In this document: positions 26,201 through 38,760 of the stretch, piece by piece
How positions within the stretch are numbered: position 1 is the stretch's first letter
How the letters are laid out: each line of letters starts with the position of its first letter
From: Raillietiella orientalis
Taxonomy: Eukaryota
Direction of reading: 5' to 3'
DNA: 64,000 nucleotides
Assembly (NCBI GenBank): GCA_036172245.1
Contig: JAYWIR010000040.1
Location: forward strand, 682,001-746,000
Position numbers and translations under genes: made by a program
Notes under the pieces: generated by a model
The model's database searches: none
The model's input: only the letters and a program-made list of their open reading frames with translations
What the model was told of the DNA's origin: nothing

Positions 26201-27699
26201 CTCCCAGCTAGCCTCTCTCGCATCCTTGTCCCCTTCCCCCCCGCTCCCACCCGTAAATCGCTCGCCGCTATCGATGATGTATTCTTTGATGCGTGCCCCG
26301 CCATCAGGGGAGCAATCCAGTCTCCGAAACCTTCTCACTGTCGAGATGATGCACCGATGGCTACATGCACATTTCCCGCTGCAGCATTCTCACAACGGAT
26401 CATGGGTCATCCTTTGTTCCTTCTCTTACCCATCCCGAAATCCAGGGGACATAACGACGTCCAGAAACGCCTGCCGGAGATTTCTGGAGAATCAACTTCA
26501 AAATTCCCTCCTATGACTGGTTGTTTTGCTCTGTCGGCTTTTTTTCTTTTTCATCCATTGAAGGAGTAGAAACTATCAGTGGAAGCATCTCTGAGCACTG
26601 AGAATTCAGGGATTTTCATGAGGGCATTCAATTCTTTCTGGCGAACTGCACTCCTCCCGAGTGCTTCTAACCTTTGAGGACAGTTTGCTTTTTCAATGAT
26701 CAGTTCTTCGGTAGTTTTCGTTGTTATTGCTCGCCATTGCTGATAGAGGCGTAAGCTGCCGCTGCAGTCGCAAAATCTCCCAGCAGAGTAGACTTCATTG
26801 CCTTCCTTGAAAGACTCACTAGACGATGGCTAAACCAGAAAAAAAAATGTCGAATGGAGAAAGGTCTGAAGGACCTACAGAATGGCTGAAAAGAGATCTA
26901 GAAGGAAAGGAGGAGGATTCAGCAGACTGTTCTCCGGACAGCTGATTTTCCGGGAAGCGCTTCGTAAGCGGTGACACCGCTTCTCGATCTCAGAGCTCTG
27001 GAAGCTACAGTCAGGAAGAGAAGACCTGTTTCGACTGCTCGTGCCTTGGGCTTCTGGTCTCTCTAGGAGTGGGGCACGCAATGCACATCCATGTGTCCTG
27101 TTCAGGAAAAGAGGTGGACCTTCGCATCTGGTATGCGCGGGACAGATTCGAAGCAGAGTGTGTGATCCGCTCAGCCAGGTGAGTTGCTTCAGGTCCAGGG
27201 CGCAAGTTCCCCACAGAATCTTTGCCGAAATGATGGCAAATTTCTATGAAACTCGGTCCCAGAATGTGAGTGTTGCGTCTTCTCTTTTCCACTGCGCACT
27301 TTGTTTTGCATCGTTTTGCTCGGTACGAAATCCCTGGACCATCGAGTCCACCATTTCAGAAGATGCGCTAGGAGAAGGGGCACATCTGCCAAAGAGTCCG
27401 AGCCATCTGCTCAAAACAACAGCAGCTGAGGCCCTGGGAAGCAAGCATCCTACTCAAAAGGGCCTCCACCCTGGTCTCCCTAGTTACTGACCAGAGTAGG
27501 AGTTCCGAACGCTGCTGGGAGGCACATCCAACAATGAAGAAGGCTTCCGGTTTCCAGCATCTCCTCATCCGAAGCTTCGTGGCATCCTGTATTTGGTGGA
27601 GAGGAGGGCGACTCCGTCTGTGGCGAAGACGACATCTCTTCTTCTGGCAGGACAAGAGACCATTTGCAGCTTTCGTTCCCTCCGAAGCCCGCGTTGGTG

Positions 27700-29080
27700 G
27701 TCGTGTGGCTGCGGTCTCCCGCGCCACGTGGCACCAAAGCGTTGCGGGTTAGAATCCTCACGTTGAGGATCGACGCCGAGAAAGGGGCGGGTGAGTGGTG
27801 TGTTTGGTTCCCCCCCCTTGATTGACCTGTAGGCTTGGAGTGCGCGGCACTGGTTGACACCCGATCACTCCAGGGAGTTTATTTCTAAACCTACATATCT
27901 GTGGCAGGACGTTTGATTCTGCCACGTTACTTATGGATACAAAAGGAACCTGCCGTGAACAGACGCGCAGACCAGCAGGGTTCGCCTTGGCAGCACAGGG
28001 GAAGGGGAGACAAACAGAAAAAAATGAAAAATGCAGTCAAAAAATGGGGAAGAAAGGGGGTTTAGGAAGAGATCATTATGTGCTGGAGGGTGTCCTCTGC
28101 ATCCTTGCAAGGATGCCGTCAAGTTCCTGTTTTATGGTTCCCAGATGGGACCATCTTGACGCTGTCCTCATGAAAAGAACAGCAAAATAGATGGCATCCC
28201 TGTCATCCTGGCCTCCTTTGGCGTTGCTCCATGCAGCCACGATTCCGCGTAGGCAGCACAGTGCTGCTTGGGATGCGGCAGGCGTGAGGGAGTCGCACAG
28301 GAAGAGGTGCTTTACAACGTCTCTAGAGTTGAAGAGTCGCAGCAAAGCGTCCCCAAAGAGGCCTGAGGGTATCACAGTGCACTAGAAGGTGCGGGAAGGA
28401 TTCCCGCTCCCCGCACTTTGCATAGTTTGGGTTTATACCCCTCCCCTGTGTCCACAGGTACTGGCAGGCTTGCACGGGAGGCCCTAGTGCAGCAGCATCA
28501 ATGCCGACTCCTGACACTTTAAGGGGAGAGTGCGGCACTGGCCGGGATTGGAAGTCGACCTTCCGGAGCCCTACCAAAAAGCAAGTATCCCTTCGAGGTC
28601 CCCCCCGGTTGTGAAAATGGAGCCATCTGCCTCCTCTGGAGAGGAACTCTCCATCGTGTGCGATGAGCTGGTTGATACCCCCCCACCTTGGAGGGTCGCC
28701 TCTCCAGAATTCAAGAAGAAGAGCTGCTCCCTTCGGAGAGTGACCCTCATGGAAGATCGGAAGCGTCCCTTCTGGAGTCTTTCCAGAGGAGGAACAAGAA
28801 GAAATGAAGAGTGGTCTCCATTGGGAATTCCTCCTGAGAGAATAAGGAAGAAGTTCCCTTCAAAGACAACCAGCGCAAGGGTTCTCTTCGGGGTTTCCCA
28901 ACTTGAAGGAACGGACTCCTTCCTGCGAAGCCTTTCTAGATTCATGGGACGGCACCCTCCAACTCGAAGAGGAACGTGCACCTTCTGGTGGAGTGGACAG
29001 TATTAAAGAGCTTCATGGGTCCACAGGAGGACGGTCCTGAGTCCTTAGAGAATCAAAAAAGGGAAGGGAACCCGAAGCGC
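27700..29080 (+). mobile_element. tRNA-headed repeat interrupted by a LINE insertion
   Basis: Head GTGGCTGCGGTCTC...GCGGGTTAGAATCC (27747-27757). Body resumes at 28542 (GAGCTGGTTGATACCCC etc.); tail CCTTAGAGAATCAAAAAAG. Confidence 0.75.
27854..28531 (-). mobile_element. 5'-truncated L1/Tx1-like LINE (678 bp) with 10 bp TSD GCGGCACTGG
   Basis: Homologous to 33739-34440 (NPNYAKCGERESFPHLLVHC...ELDGILARMQ). AATAAA at 27883-27878; TSD at 27844-27853 and 28532-28541. Confidence 0.85.
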
Positions 29081-30699
29081 CGCACGAAGGCGTTCCAAGA
29101 CTTGTAGACAGGAATGGGGGCTGTTTGCTCTTGCGGAACCTACTGATAGGAGTGAATCCAGCGCCCCGTGTCACTAAAAGCAGGCAAGAACCTTGGTGAA
29201 GAATTCTTGAAGACCACAGCATCGCGCGAGCTGTTGCGGAAACTGGATGCTGTGCTTGCGAGCATCCGCAGTGTGTGTATATTGAGTTGCGCCCTGGATC
29301 AGTCGTGACGATCTGTGCGTGCAGAATAAGAGGCGCGTGTTATGTGAATGCCATGTGTTTCCGCGGTTCGTGTGAAAGTACTCATTTGCTGACGCCCCTC
29401 ACTCGCGGAACAAAGAATCATCGTGTGCACCATGGTCATGGGATGGATTCATCACGTGAGAAGATGGCGGATGCGGCACGCTATTTCTGTTTGTGGCGCA
29501 TCCGCTCGCCGATTCGGCTAACCAAGCAGAAGATCGGCAAAGAAAACACGCGTAGATCAGTAACCGCAGCTGTTCCTGATCAACTATGTGGATGTGTGGA
29601 GGAAGGAGCCAATCAGAGTGCTGACTTGAAAAGCCGAATGGCTGGCCGATCCTGGATATGAATGGAAGTTCTTTCACTCACGTTAGTCTCTACTGGCTGC
29701 AGCACTTTCCAGGACGGAAGTGTTGCAAACGACCTGAACTGCTGCGACAGCTTCACCTTTCGCCACTTGTTTCCAAGGGTTCCTGATGATGTTCGCTCAT
29801 TGCAGGTTTTCGAAGCCGGGACGTTTAGTTCATAAAAATAAACAAGCGATTCGGGAACGCAAATGTCCGGAAACCGGTCCCTACTGGTCCCTACGCTGGT
29901 CGCACCGAGAACATTAGCGCAGAAACAGCAATACATCCTGTTTTTACTTCAAGGGGATGCAGAAATGTTCGTGCACAAAGGAGGAGGAACAACGAGTTCT
30001 TCGGTGGGCGAACGCTCGACAGCTCTCTGCACCGAAGCAGTTCCTTCACCCGGGAACGAGGAGTGGCGACGTTCACCAACTCGCTCGCTTACCAGAAGTC
30101 CAGGAGTTTGGTCACTCCTGCAATTGTGCAGAAGAACTCCTACCTTGCCGATAGTCGCTGTTTGCCATTAGGACAGGCAACGCTGCGGCAAAGGGGTGTG
30201 TCGGCCTAGCGAGCAGACTTCCTCAAGTTCTGCAGAACGTCTCCCAATGGGAGGTTGCGACAAGGACGCAGGGAATAAAGTACTTCTGGTCCAGTTTTTA
30301 ATGTGGAAGCCCAAGACGCAGACGCCTTCTTTTTCCAGGCATTTACTGAGCGGCAGAAGAGCCAGCCAGCTGCCTCGGCGGGAAGACAAATCCCTGCATC
30401 CTGATCGGCAGCGCAGCAGAAACTTCAGTTGCCGTCGCAGAGCTGAACGATGAGGCGGAGAGGAACACATCACGCCGTGGTGCACACTATTTGGCACACA
30501 GTGCCAGCATTCGGAACTGCAGTCCGATCTTTTCCAGCGTCAGGACTCCCAAGCCTCCATCCTGAGGAGGTGCCACCAAGTCCTCCATGCGGATCCGGGA
30601 CCTTGCAGAACTCCACAGGGTTTTCTCAGGAGGCACCACGCCTGGATCTTTGGTCGGGCAGGGAACGGGAAAACAACAAAATAAGGCGCGCAGGTGGGA

Positions 30700-32300
30700 A
30701 GCAACAAAAAGTGTTTTAGATGATAGCCCGTTCCAGACGAAGTTGCCATAGAGGAATGGACCAAAGGCCATCTCAGCCTTCTAAAGGCAGCCCAATCACC
30801 ATTCTTCAGCGCGGAAGTCTCCCAACGAAACTTAAGGAAACTTAGAGTATTTGCCCCAGAGGATCCCCGGGCGGATCCAGCCGGACTGCTCCTTTCACGA
30901 CGCATCCATAGGGACCAACGTGCTCTGGGTCCTCTTTACGCGCAAGCCGATGGTCAGCTCGATGAAGTCCTCAAACTTAGCCTCCGAGGTGGACATGAGC
31001 AGCAGGAGGAGCAGGTCGTCCGCGTAGGCGGACACGGCCGTGTATTCGGGTCTAAGATTGCAGTTTCTCCCATCTTTTCCTCCTTAACCCATTTGCCCGC
31101 TTGCGAGTGACTCATCCGATGCTTCCAATTCGAATCCCAGAAGTATGCAATGCTCGATAGAGCCATTTCCTTTCTGATGTAACCCATCCGTTCCTTCGGA
31201 ATTCTTAATCCTTTAGCGCTGTTTGGATCCCAGGATCCCAGAGTTCCTACGCCCCCAGTAGGAACTCTGTAGGGTCAATCCTCCGTATTTCTGAGACTCT
31301 TCCAACATCATTGCTGAGTATTCAGAGGGGATAGAGATTCAGGCTTCAGTTCTACGTCATTCCCAGGAATAGGTCAGTTAAAGACCGCCTCTTCGCATTG
31401 TTTCCAGATAGCCTGCTTTGAACTGTGCTTCCTGCTGGTCGTGGTACTTCTGAACACGGTATGGCTGTTGAGGTATCGGTTGAGGATGAGACCCAGTCTT
31501 CCTCTCCATCTCCCGCACATCTTCTGCACCGTATCCGTTCCCGGAGGACGATGTTTGCACAGGCAGAACGCTGAGTCACGTCTCATGGACAGATGTGCTC
31601 CCTAAGAGCAAGTGTTCTTCCCTGAACACAAAATGAGCCCCTAGGCCCAATGCCGGTGGCGCGAGACCCGGTCCTGCTAGTGGAGCTGAGCGCTTTGCAA
31701 TGAGCGAGAGGTCCAAGCTGCCCTGGGCCGAGCCGTGCTCAAGGAGGAGGCTCAAGCTTCTTCCTTTTTGTGCACGTTAAAAGTGCAGCCACCAGATGGA
31801 ACTTTCTTTTCCGAACATCCGTTCTGCCTCAACTCGAACGGACGGCTGACCCCCCACGATCCAGATGCCTTTGGTTTCACCTCTGGATTCCGATCGTGGC
31901 GAGTCACGAAATATCCCGTGTCCCGAAATTTCCACCATTCAGTGGCTGACGACTCAACTGGCTGCTATCGTCCACAGTTGTGGAAATCATCCAACCAAAA
32001 CCTTCTTGCGTTGAATCCCGCGCACGCAAGAGGTGATCTTCCTCGAGTGCATGTCAAACCTGATCATCAGCTGCAATTTCTGGCTCTTCCCTTTCATGCA
32101 GTCTTGAAATTGTCGGAAGCTTGCCTCCCTATGATCCAGACGTCTTTGATGTTGCTGAAGATGCGACAGAGCAACGGTGACAGCTGCAAATGAGGACGAC
32201 GCCACTACTTGAAAAGGATGCAAGGGAAGAAGCTTGACCTCAAGAAAGATCTACTTCGGAGAGAGGTGCCGGAAGGCAACGTTCCACAACAGGTTGAAGG
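30700..32300 (-). mobile_element. Degenerate L1/Tx1-like ORF2 remnant with RT catalytic motif
   Basis: VSAYADDLLLLL (YADD at 31026-31015); upstream ATEWWKF linker-like motif near 31930; many stops and frameshifts. Confidence 0.6.
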
Positions 32301-33582
32301 TCCTTAAAATGATCTTATGAACCCTGAGCCGATGATTTTCACGTTGTCAGCAGCAGATGCTTTGATCTTGGTGTCGGCTCCTTTCATAGACGTGCACAAC
32401 AGAACTGAAAATATGCAACCAAAGATGCACAGGAAGATACGCGATCCCGAATTCTTCACTCCGGGCTACTTAAAGCTCCGTTAAAAGGGAAGAGGGAAGA
32501 TTCCATCGAATCACATTTGAAACGGGAAAGAACGGTTCTCCCAAGAGTGGAAGTGTGCATCTGAGAACGCTATTCTTTCATTGTCCACGCCTGATGTGTG
32601 CACTCTGTCAATAGCTGTCGTGATTGTTTTATGGCAGGAATTTGCCTAGTAAAAGTGCAGGGCGTTTCGTTCCCGCATCCCGTCCACGCGACCGTGTGAT
32701 CCTTCCGTGACGGACTTGCACTGCTGTTGGTCAAGAATTCATCAGGCAACGGCGCCTGATGAATCCTGAAAGTCCCTCTCTCCGATCACTTTCCTGAATT
32801 TGAGGCAAATGTTTGAGGTTTCTTTGGCTTTGGAGGAACACGAGGAAACTCCATCCAGGACGGGAGTATCTGGATGGTACCTGAGTGATAGCGTGAGCGC
32901 AAAAGTCTAGCAAGAAGAATTCGGTTAGCTTCCGAAATCTCCACCTCAAATGATTCTATTCATTCGTTACCTTAATTGTGCGTGCATTTAGACTTATCTG
33001 GTCTCCTAGAAGATGCTTTCATGATGGGATTCTTATGCTGCAGCCAGGAGCAAACAACTGTGCATGGATTTGGAAAGACCGCGGTGTTCGCTTCCTGGTG
33101 CCACTTTCACTCCGAAGAAGTGTGACAGCAACTACAGAAACCAGAATGCCTTCCTTGAGCAGGATGGAAGTCCAGGAAGTAGAGAAAAGCAAGTTGTCAG
33201 GGCTGTTAAAACCGTAGCAGATCCGGTGGGAAAGCTGCGAGCAGGGAGAACGGCTGATGGTGCTCTTCTGGGCAAAGATTTGCGGATCTGTGCAGGCGGC
33301 AGGTTGAGAGACTTTCTCTGTCTTCAGGAAAATGAGCGCTGTGTTCGTTCACCCTTCCACTTTTCGAACGGAGGGCTCGAACGTGTAGCATGCAGAAATC
33401 ATAGCTGGTCAACGCTGGCGCCACCCTGGCATTTTCAGGTACCCTCAATGATCGCAAAAGCGAGGCTCCAGTATAGTGGTGAAGGAGAACTCTGAGAAAC
33501 CTGGGCGATCAAAATGGTATGCTCCGCCCTCAGTGAACTTGCTACAAACATGGAAGATGCTCGATAGCATCTGCGATGGCAG

Positions 33583-35790
33583 CCACGTGGCTGCGGTCTC
33601 AGCGCGCGGCGACAAGCGTTGTAGGTTCGAATTCCCACGTCGAAGACCGACTCTGAGAACGGAGGATGCGTCGTGGATTTCGCGTCTCCCCCTCAGGATG
33701 ACGCTGACCGGCCTATAGACTTCGGATGCGGCACTGGTTGGCACCCGGTCACGCCGGTGGGGCGTTTATTTAAAAAAATAAACAAACATGTCTGTGGCAG
33801 GGCGTCTGATCCTGCCACGTTGCTTACAACTTCGAGAAGGAACCTGCTGGGGACTGATATGCAGGCCAGCAGGGTTCCCCTCAGCAGCACATGGGAAGAG
33901 GAGACAAACAAACAAAAATAAAAACAAAAACCATAAAGTCAAAAAAATGGGGAAGGAAGGGGAGTTTGGCGCGGGATCACTGTGTGCTGGAAAGTGTCTT
34001 CTGCATTCTTGTAAGGATGCCGGCAAGTTCGTGTTTTATGGTTCCCAGATTGGTCCATCTTGACGCTGTCCTCATGAGAAGGACAGAAAAGCAGATGGCG
34101 TCCCTGTCGTCCTGGCTTCCTCTAGCGTTGCTCCATGCAGCCAAAGTCCCGCCGCGTGGGCAGCAAAATGCTACTGGGGATGAGGCTGGAGTGAGGGCGT
34201 CTCTCAGTAAGAGGCGTTTTAAAACGTCTCTAGAGTTGAAGAGTCGCAACAAAGCGTACCCAAAGAGGCCGGAGGGTATCACAGTGCACTAGGAGGCGCG
34301 GGAAAGATTCCCGCTCCCCACACCTTGCACAGTTCGGATCCATTCATCCACCCACTCGTGTCCAATGATTCCGGCAGACGTTGCACTGGAGGTCAAAGTG
34401 CAGCAGCATTGACGCCGACTCCCACCACTTCAAGGGTAGAGTGCAGGTGTCCATGAGCACCGAGGACAACTGCAGGCCTTTCTCCGGAATACACAGTAGC
34501 ACGCCCCAGCGCAAAAGTCCAAGATGTCGAGCAATCGGGGTCTCAGAGTCGATGATCTGGTCCGTCGGCGACTCTCCCAGTCCTTTCCTTCTTCCGAAGA
34601 TTTCCGTAGTAGCCTCCCATCCGTCCATGTGTTTCCTAAGAGAAGGCAGTGCGGTGGCTTGGGAGGTTCTGTCTGCCCACGCAATCTTCGTGGGATCTTC
34701 CAGGATCTCCTGGAACGTGCAGTTGTTGTTGAGCGCGTACAGGAATCGTCGCACCTGTTCCGCGCTTAGCTCCTGGATCCTCTCCCACTTGCGAATGGTT
34801 CCCTGCAACCAGGCACTTCCATTCACGGAGTGATACAAGATCCATGCGTTCTTTTCCGGCCAGCATGACCCCCTGCCGCAGGTGCAGTCCACAGTGGATG
34901 AGACTGTATGGACTACGCTCAAGGAGGGACCGCGAGTCCCACGCTGCTGGCTTGCTGGACGAGAAGACGTGCAGGTTGGCACCAGGTTGTGCTCCATAAT
35001 TTTTTCCACGGGGTTATGTGTCCGAAACTGGAGGTGCAGCTCCATCTACTCCAGCATCAAAAGATCGAGGCCTCCTCTCAGTGCAGGGCACACAAGTCCT
35101 TGAGGCGGACTCGGGGCCTCCCTTTGTTCCAGAGGGTGCGGCACTGGTGGAAGCCAGAAACCCCTGGATGCTCCCGATGATTGGCCGAAATTGAGTTAAC
35201 TCTCCGGGGTCCGTACAGGAATCAAAGAGCTGGCTCTCTTCAGGATTCCCCTACGATTGTGAAAATGTAGCCATCTCCCCCTCCCTTGGAGGGACCCTCT
35301 ATCACGCACCATGGAGCTACTTCATGCTTTCTTTAGAGAGTTGTATCTCCAGGGTGTAAGAAGCGCTCTGCTCCATTCGAGGAGCGACCTTCAGCGAAAT
35401 TGGGATGTATCCCTTGGGAGTTCTCTTTAGAGGAGGAAACGAGAGGCAGACTCTTTCCGAGAATCCTCCGGAGAAGAAATTCAGGAGCAGATCCTTTCCG
35501 GATTCCTTTCGGAGAAAAATGGGGAAGGTCACCCACCAAGAGATCCCTTCGGAGAGAATAAGGGAGATAGAGTTCCCCACCAAGCTTAAGAGGAACGAAC
35601 TCCTTCCTCTGGAGTCTTCCTGTATTCCTAGGGTGGTTCCTCCGGGACTACGCTTCACTTGAAGAGTGACGAGCACCCTCTGGTGTCGTGGACAGTATTT
35701 AAAGGACTTTGGGATCTCCCCCTAAGGAGGCGAGCGGTTCTTCAGCACTCCTTAAGGATGATAAAAAAAGACTGGAACGAAAGCAATGAA
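33583..35790 (+). mobile_element. tRNA-headed repeat interrupted by a LINE insertion
   Basis: Head GTGGCTGCGGTCTC...GTAGGTTCGAATTCCCAC. Body resumes at 35149; tail CAGCACTCCTTAAGGATGATAAAAAAAG matches 44243 onward. Confidence 0.75.
33739..35136 (-). mobile_element. 5'-truncated L1/Tx1-like LINE (1398 bp) with 12 bp TSD TGCGGCACTGGT
   Basis: Degenerate ORF2 C-terminus: LWNKGRPRVRLKDL...GGLDL motif, zf-RVT-like DPNCARCGERESFPRLLVHC. 3'UTR with AATAAA (33770-33765). TSD at 33727-33738 and 35137-35148. Confidence 0.85.
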
Positions 35791-35799
35791 ACAGGGAAG

Positions 35800-36657
35800 A
35801 ACCCAAGACGATTCCGTCGCGGGTCGCTGTGACCCCGAGTGCTCCACCCCAAGGACTTCTACGCTGGAAACAGCTGCTCGACATCCCTCTGGAGGAGGTG
35901 AAGTGGTCACCAGCGTGCTGGAACAGAGGTTCCCTCTTGTCCCCTCAAGTGGCGGGAGTTGGCATTGCTGGTGGTGCATGGAGTAATCCCGTTAGAAGCG
36001 CATGTTCATCACTGGACATGGGGAGGGGGAGCGTGGACACTCAATGCGACGGGTGCAGGCAGATGGAGACCCTCCCGCACTTGCTGGTGGACTGTGTGCC
36101 ATCCGACCCCTTTGAAATCGTCTTGCGACGATCCTAGGAATCCCGATGGGCAGTCCCAGGGACATTTTCAAGCGCCTCTTCCTGCGTGGTGCTGCACTGC
36201 CGACAGCCGCGTCGCTCACAGCCCTCTGCCGTCTTCGAGGGATCGCGACGGCCTGGAACGCAGGAAGGATTGGCTGGGATGGAAGGGACGCCATCCACTG
36301 GATGAGGATCCTCATGGGGACCACCTCGAGATGGCCCCACCTGGACGAGACACGGACGGAACCCGCCAGCATCCTGGACAGGATGCAGGGGACGCCTGGC
36401 AACGCATTGTGATCTCTTCTTCGGTTCTCACTACCCTCTCCCCTCCTCTTTCGTCTCCTTGTGAAATTTTCCCTACCCTGGTTTGTGTGTTTATTTTTTG
36501 TGTTTTTTTCTCTTCCCCCACGCTGCCGAAGCGGACCTCGCCGGTCTGCGTGTCTCTCTTCGGCAGATTCGTTGCACGTGGTAGAACCAAGGGTTCGACC
36601 AGAAAATGTATTTTTACTATTTTATATAATAAATGCCCCGACATAACCGGGTGGTAA
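35800..36657 (+). mobile_element. L1/Tx1-like LINE 3' fragment
   Basis: zf-RVT-like DTQCDGCRQMETLPHLLVDC, then RDIFKRLFLRG...ASILDRMQG*. AATAAA at 36628 followed by the CCCCGAC..ACCGGGTG terminus. Confidence 0.8.
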
Positions 36658-37064
36658 TCATCGTGGGTCTAGAAAGAACAGAAAGGAGCTGAGGGCCCAA
36701 TGATGGAGAAGTCATTCAAGGCTGTGCCATTCGATTGAAAATGGGAGCAAAGAAGGCGTATTCAGATGCCCTCGTACGTATTCGTCCGACATGTGACGAA
36801 AAGTTTAGGACAAGATGTTGCTGCAACTGGTTGCTGAGGAGGATAACTGCTGTTCCTTATGAATAGGACAGCACTAAACGAAACTATTATCCGTTGGCTC
36901 ACATGCATGGATGCTATAAAGTTCATTGCAACCTAGCAGACCATGATGCAAGCCAACATCCTGTGAGTGTGGTTGCATATGAGGATGTATCTCGTTTTTC
37001 AAGTAAACTGGACTCTAAAAAAAAAAAAGAAATAGGCACCTCCTTCCGCCGAAGAATTTGCAGT

Positions 37065-37265
37065 TCCACTGCTTCCGGAAAGATCTCAGATGAAACGCCA
37101 CCGGTCCATCCACCGTGGCAGGCGTTCCTCGCGCGGACAGGTGCGCACGAAGTTTCTTCGCTCGAATTCTTTGCTTGAAAATTCAGGAAGGGACGTCCGT
37201 TCCTCCAGAGGAGATGCCCGGACTTGAAAAGAGGACCAATTAGCGGGAGCTGACTCCGCTCGGTG
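37065..37265 (-). repeat. Unclassified ~200 bp repeat, inverted relative to 38560-38760
   Basis: Shared TTTTCAAGTCCGGGCATC, CCGCGCGAGGAACGCCTG and CACGGTGGATGG blocks. Confidence 0.85.
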
Positions 37266-38559
37266 GGAGACGTGGACTCTTTTGAACGTCCAAAGGCGCA
37301 GCATGAGTGAACGGGAGGAAATTTGGTATCTCCTGCACACTCACAATGATCCAGCCAGGCATACAAGTGGCTGGAAAGCAGCCGTTCGCCTGTATCCACA
37401 AGCATCCCTGTAGCTCAAAGACAATGGACCGCACTTCTGCTTATCTTTTTCGCATTAGTTTTCGCTTCACTCATGGGAAAGGAGGTGTATGAGTCACGTT
37501 GGAGCTTCAAGGCATTCCAGCAAGAGGCCAGCAACATGTAGCTTCCCCCTCTATGACGCGCTAGCTGTCCCGCTTGAAGTCTTCGGGACCAAAATCCTGG
37601 TCACCCTCCAAGTTTCTCTAAAGAACTATTTTCCCTGCTTAGCTCCAGGCTCGTCCCTGTTCACCTCACTTCCTTCGGTCTAATCCCGTCTTTGGTGAAT
37701 TGAGGAGCGTTTTGGAACCTTCACTTCACTTGGTCCACCGCTGCCCTGCCTCCTGCTCTGCAGTCACAGTTGGCATCCTTCTTAGAGATCGAATATCGCT
37801 TCTGGGAAAGTGAGCCATCAGAATGTGAACAGCGATTAGGGTTGAGGTTTGTGGAACTCTCCACTCTTGAGCCTTGGGCTCCGGTTGCCATTAGATCGAG
37901 CCTTCCAAGGGAAAATGTCCCAAACTGAGATAATCCCAGTGATTTCTGGCACAAACGAGGGATATGCTCAGAAGGATGCAAATGAATTTGGTTCTCTCTA
38001 ACACCGATGAAGATTGTCTCTCTCTCTCTCTCTTTGATCTTGATAATCATTGTAATCATTGTGTGCCTCTCTCCGATGTGAGGGCGGGAAGAAAAGATCA
38101 AACCAGGGGCAAATGGGAAAGGCACGATCATGCGTCACTCGACTGATTCGTATGGGCAAAGCAGCCACCAGCTGAATCTCTTCGACTGCCACAGCTGATT
38201 CGCACGATGCGCTTCTCTTCGCTTCTGGACCTCCTGCTTACCTTTGCCGATTTCCGGAGAGACTGCTTGCTCGATGGACCCTTCCGCTTTGCTCCCGCAC
38301 GAAGCCGTGGCTGCTGTGCTCGTAAGCCGAGAGATCGCACGTTCCGTCGAGATGTTACGTCAGAGCTTCGCCTGCCGCAGCAGCTGACGTGGCAAGCTCT
38401 CCTGAAGTCTGCCGAGCTCCCTTCGGAAAAGGAACACCTCGAAACGGTCCACGCAGAGGGATGCAGCGCTGCCTCGATCCAGACGAAGCGACTCGATGGA
38501 GAAAGCATCCCCACAGGGCAAGTTTGGGCTCAAGGGATGTCCAGGGGAGTCCACTTCTT

Positions 38560-38760
38560 CCTCCGAGAGGGATCAGCTCCTAATTGGTGCGCTTTTCAAG
38601 TCCGGGCATCCCCTTTGGAGGAGCGGACGCCCCTTCCTGCATCTCCAAACAAAGGATTCGAGCGAGGAGACTTCGCGCGTGTCTACCCGCGCGAGGAACG
38701 CCTGACACGGTGGATGGGCCAGCGGCATCTCATCCGGGATTTTTTCGGAAGCAGCGAAAT
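38560..38760 (+). repeat. Unclassified ~200 bp repeat, partner of 37065-37265
   Basis: Reverse complement of the 37065-37265 copy. Confidence 0.85.
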
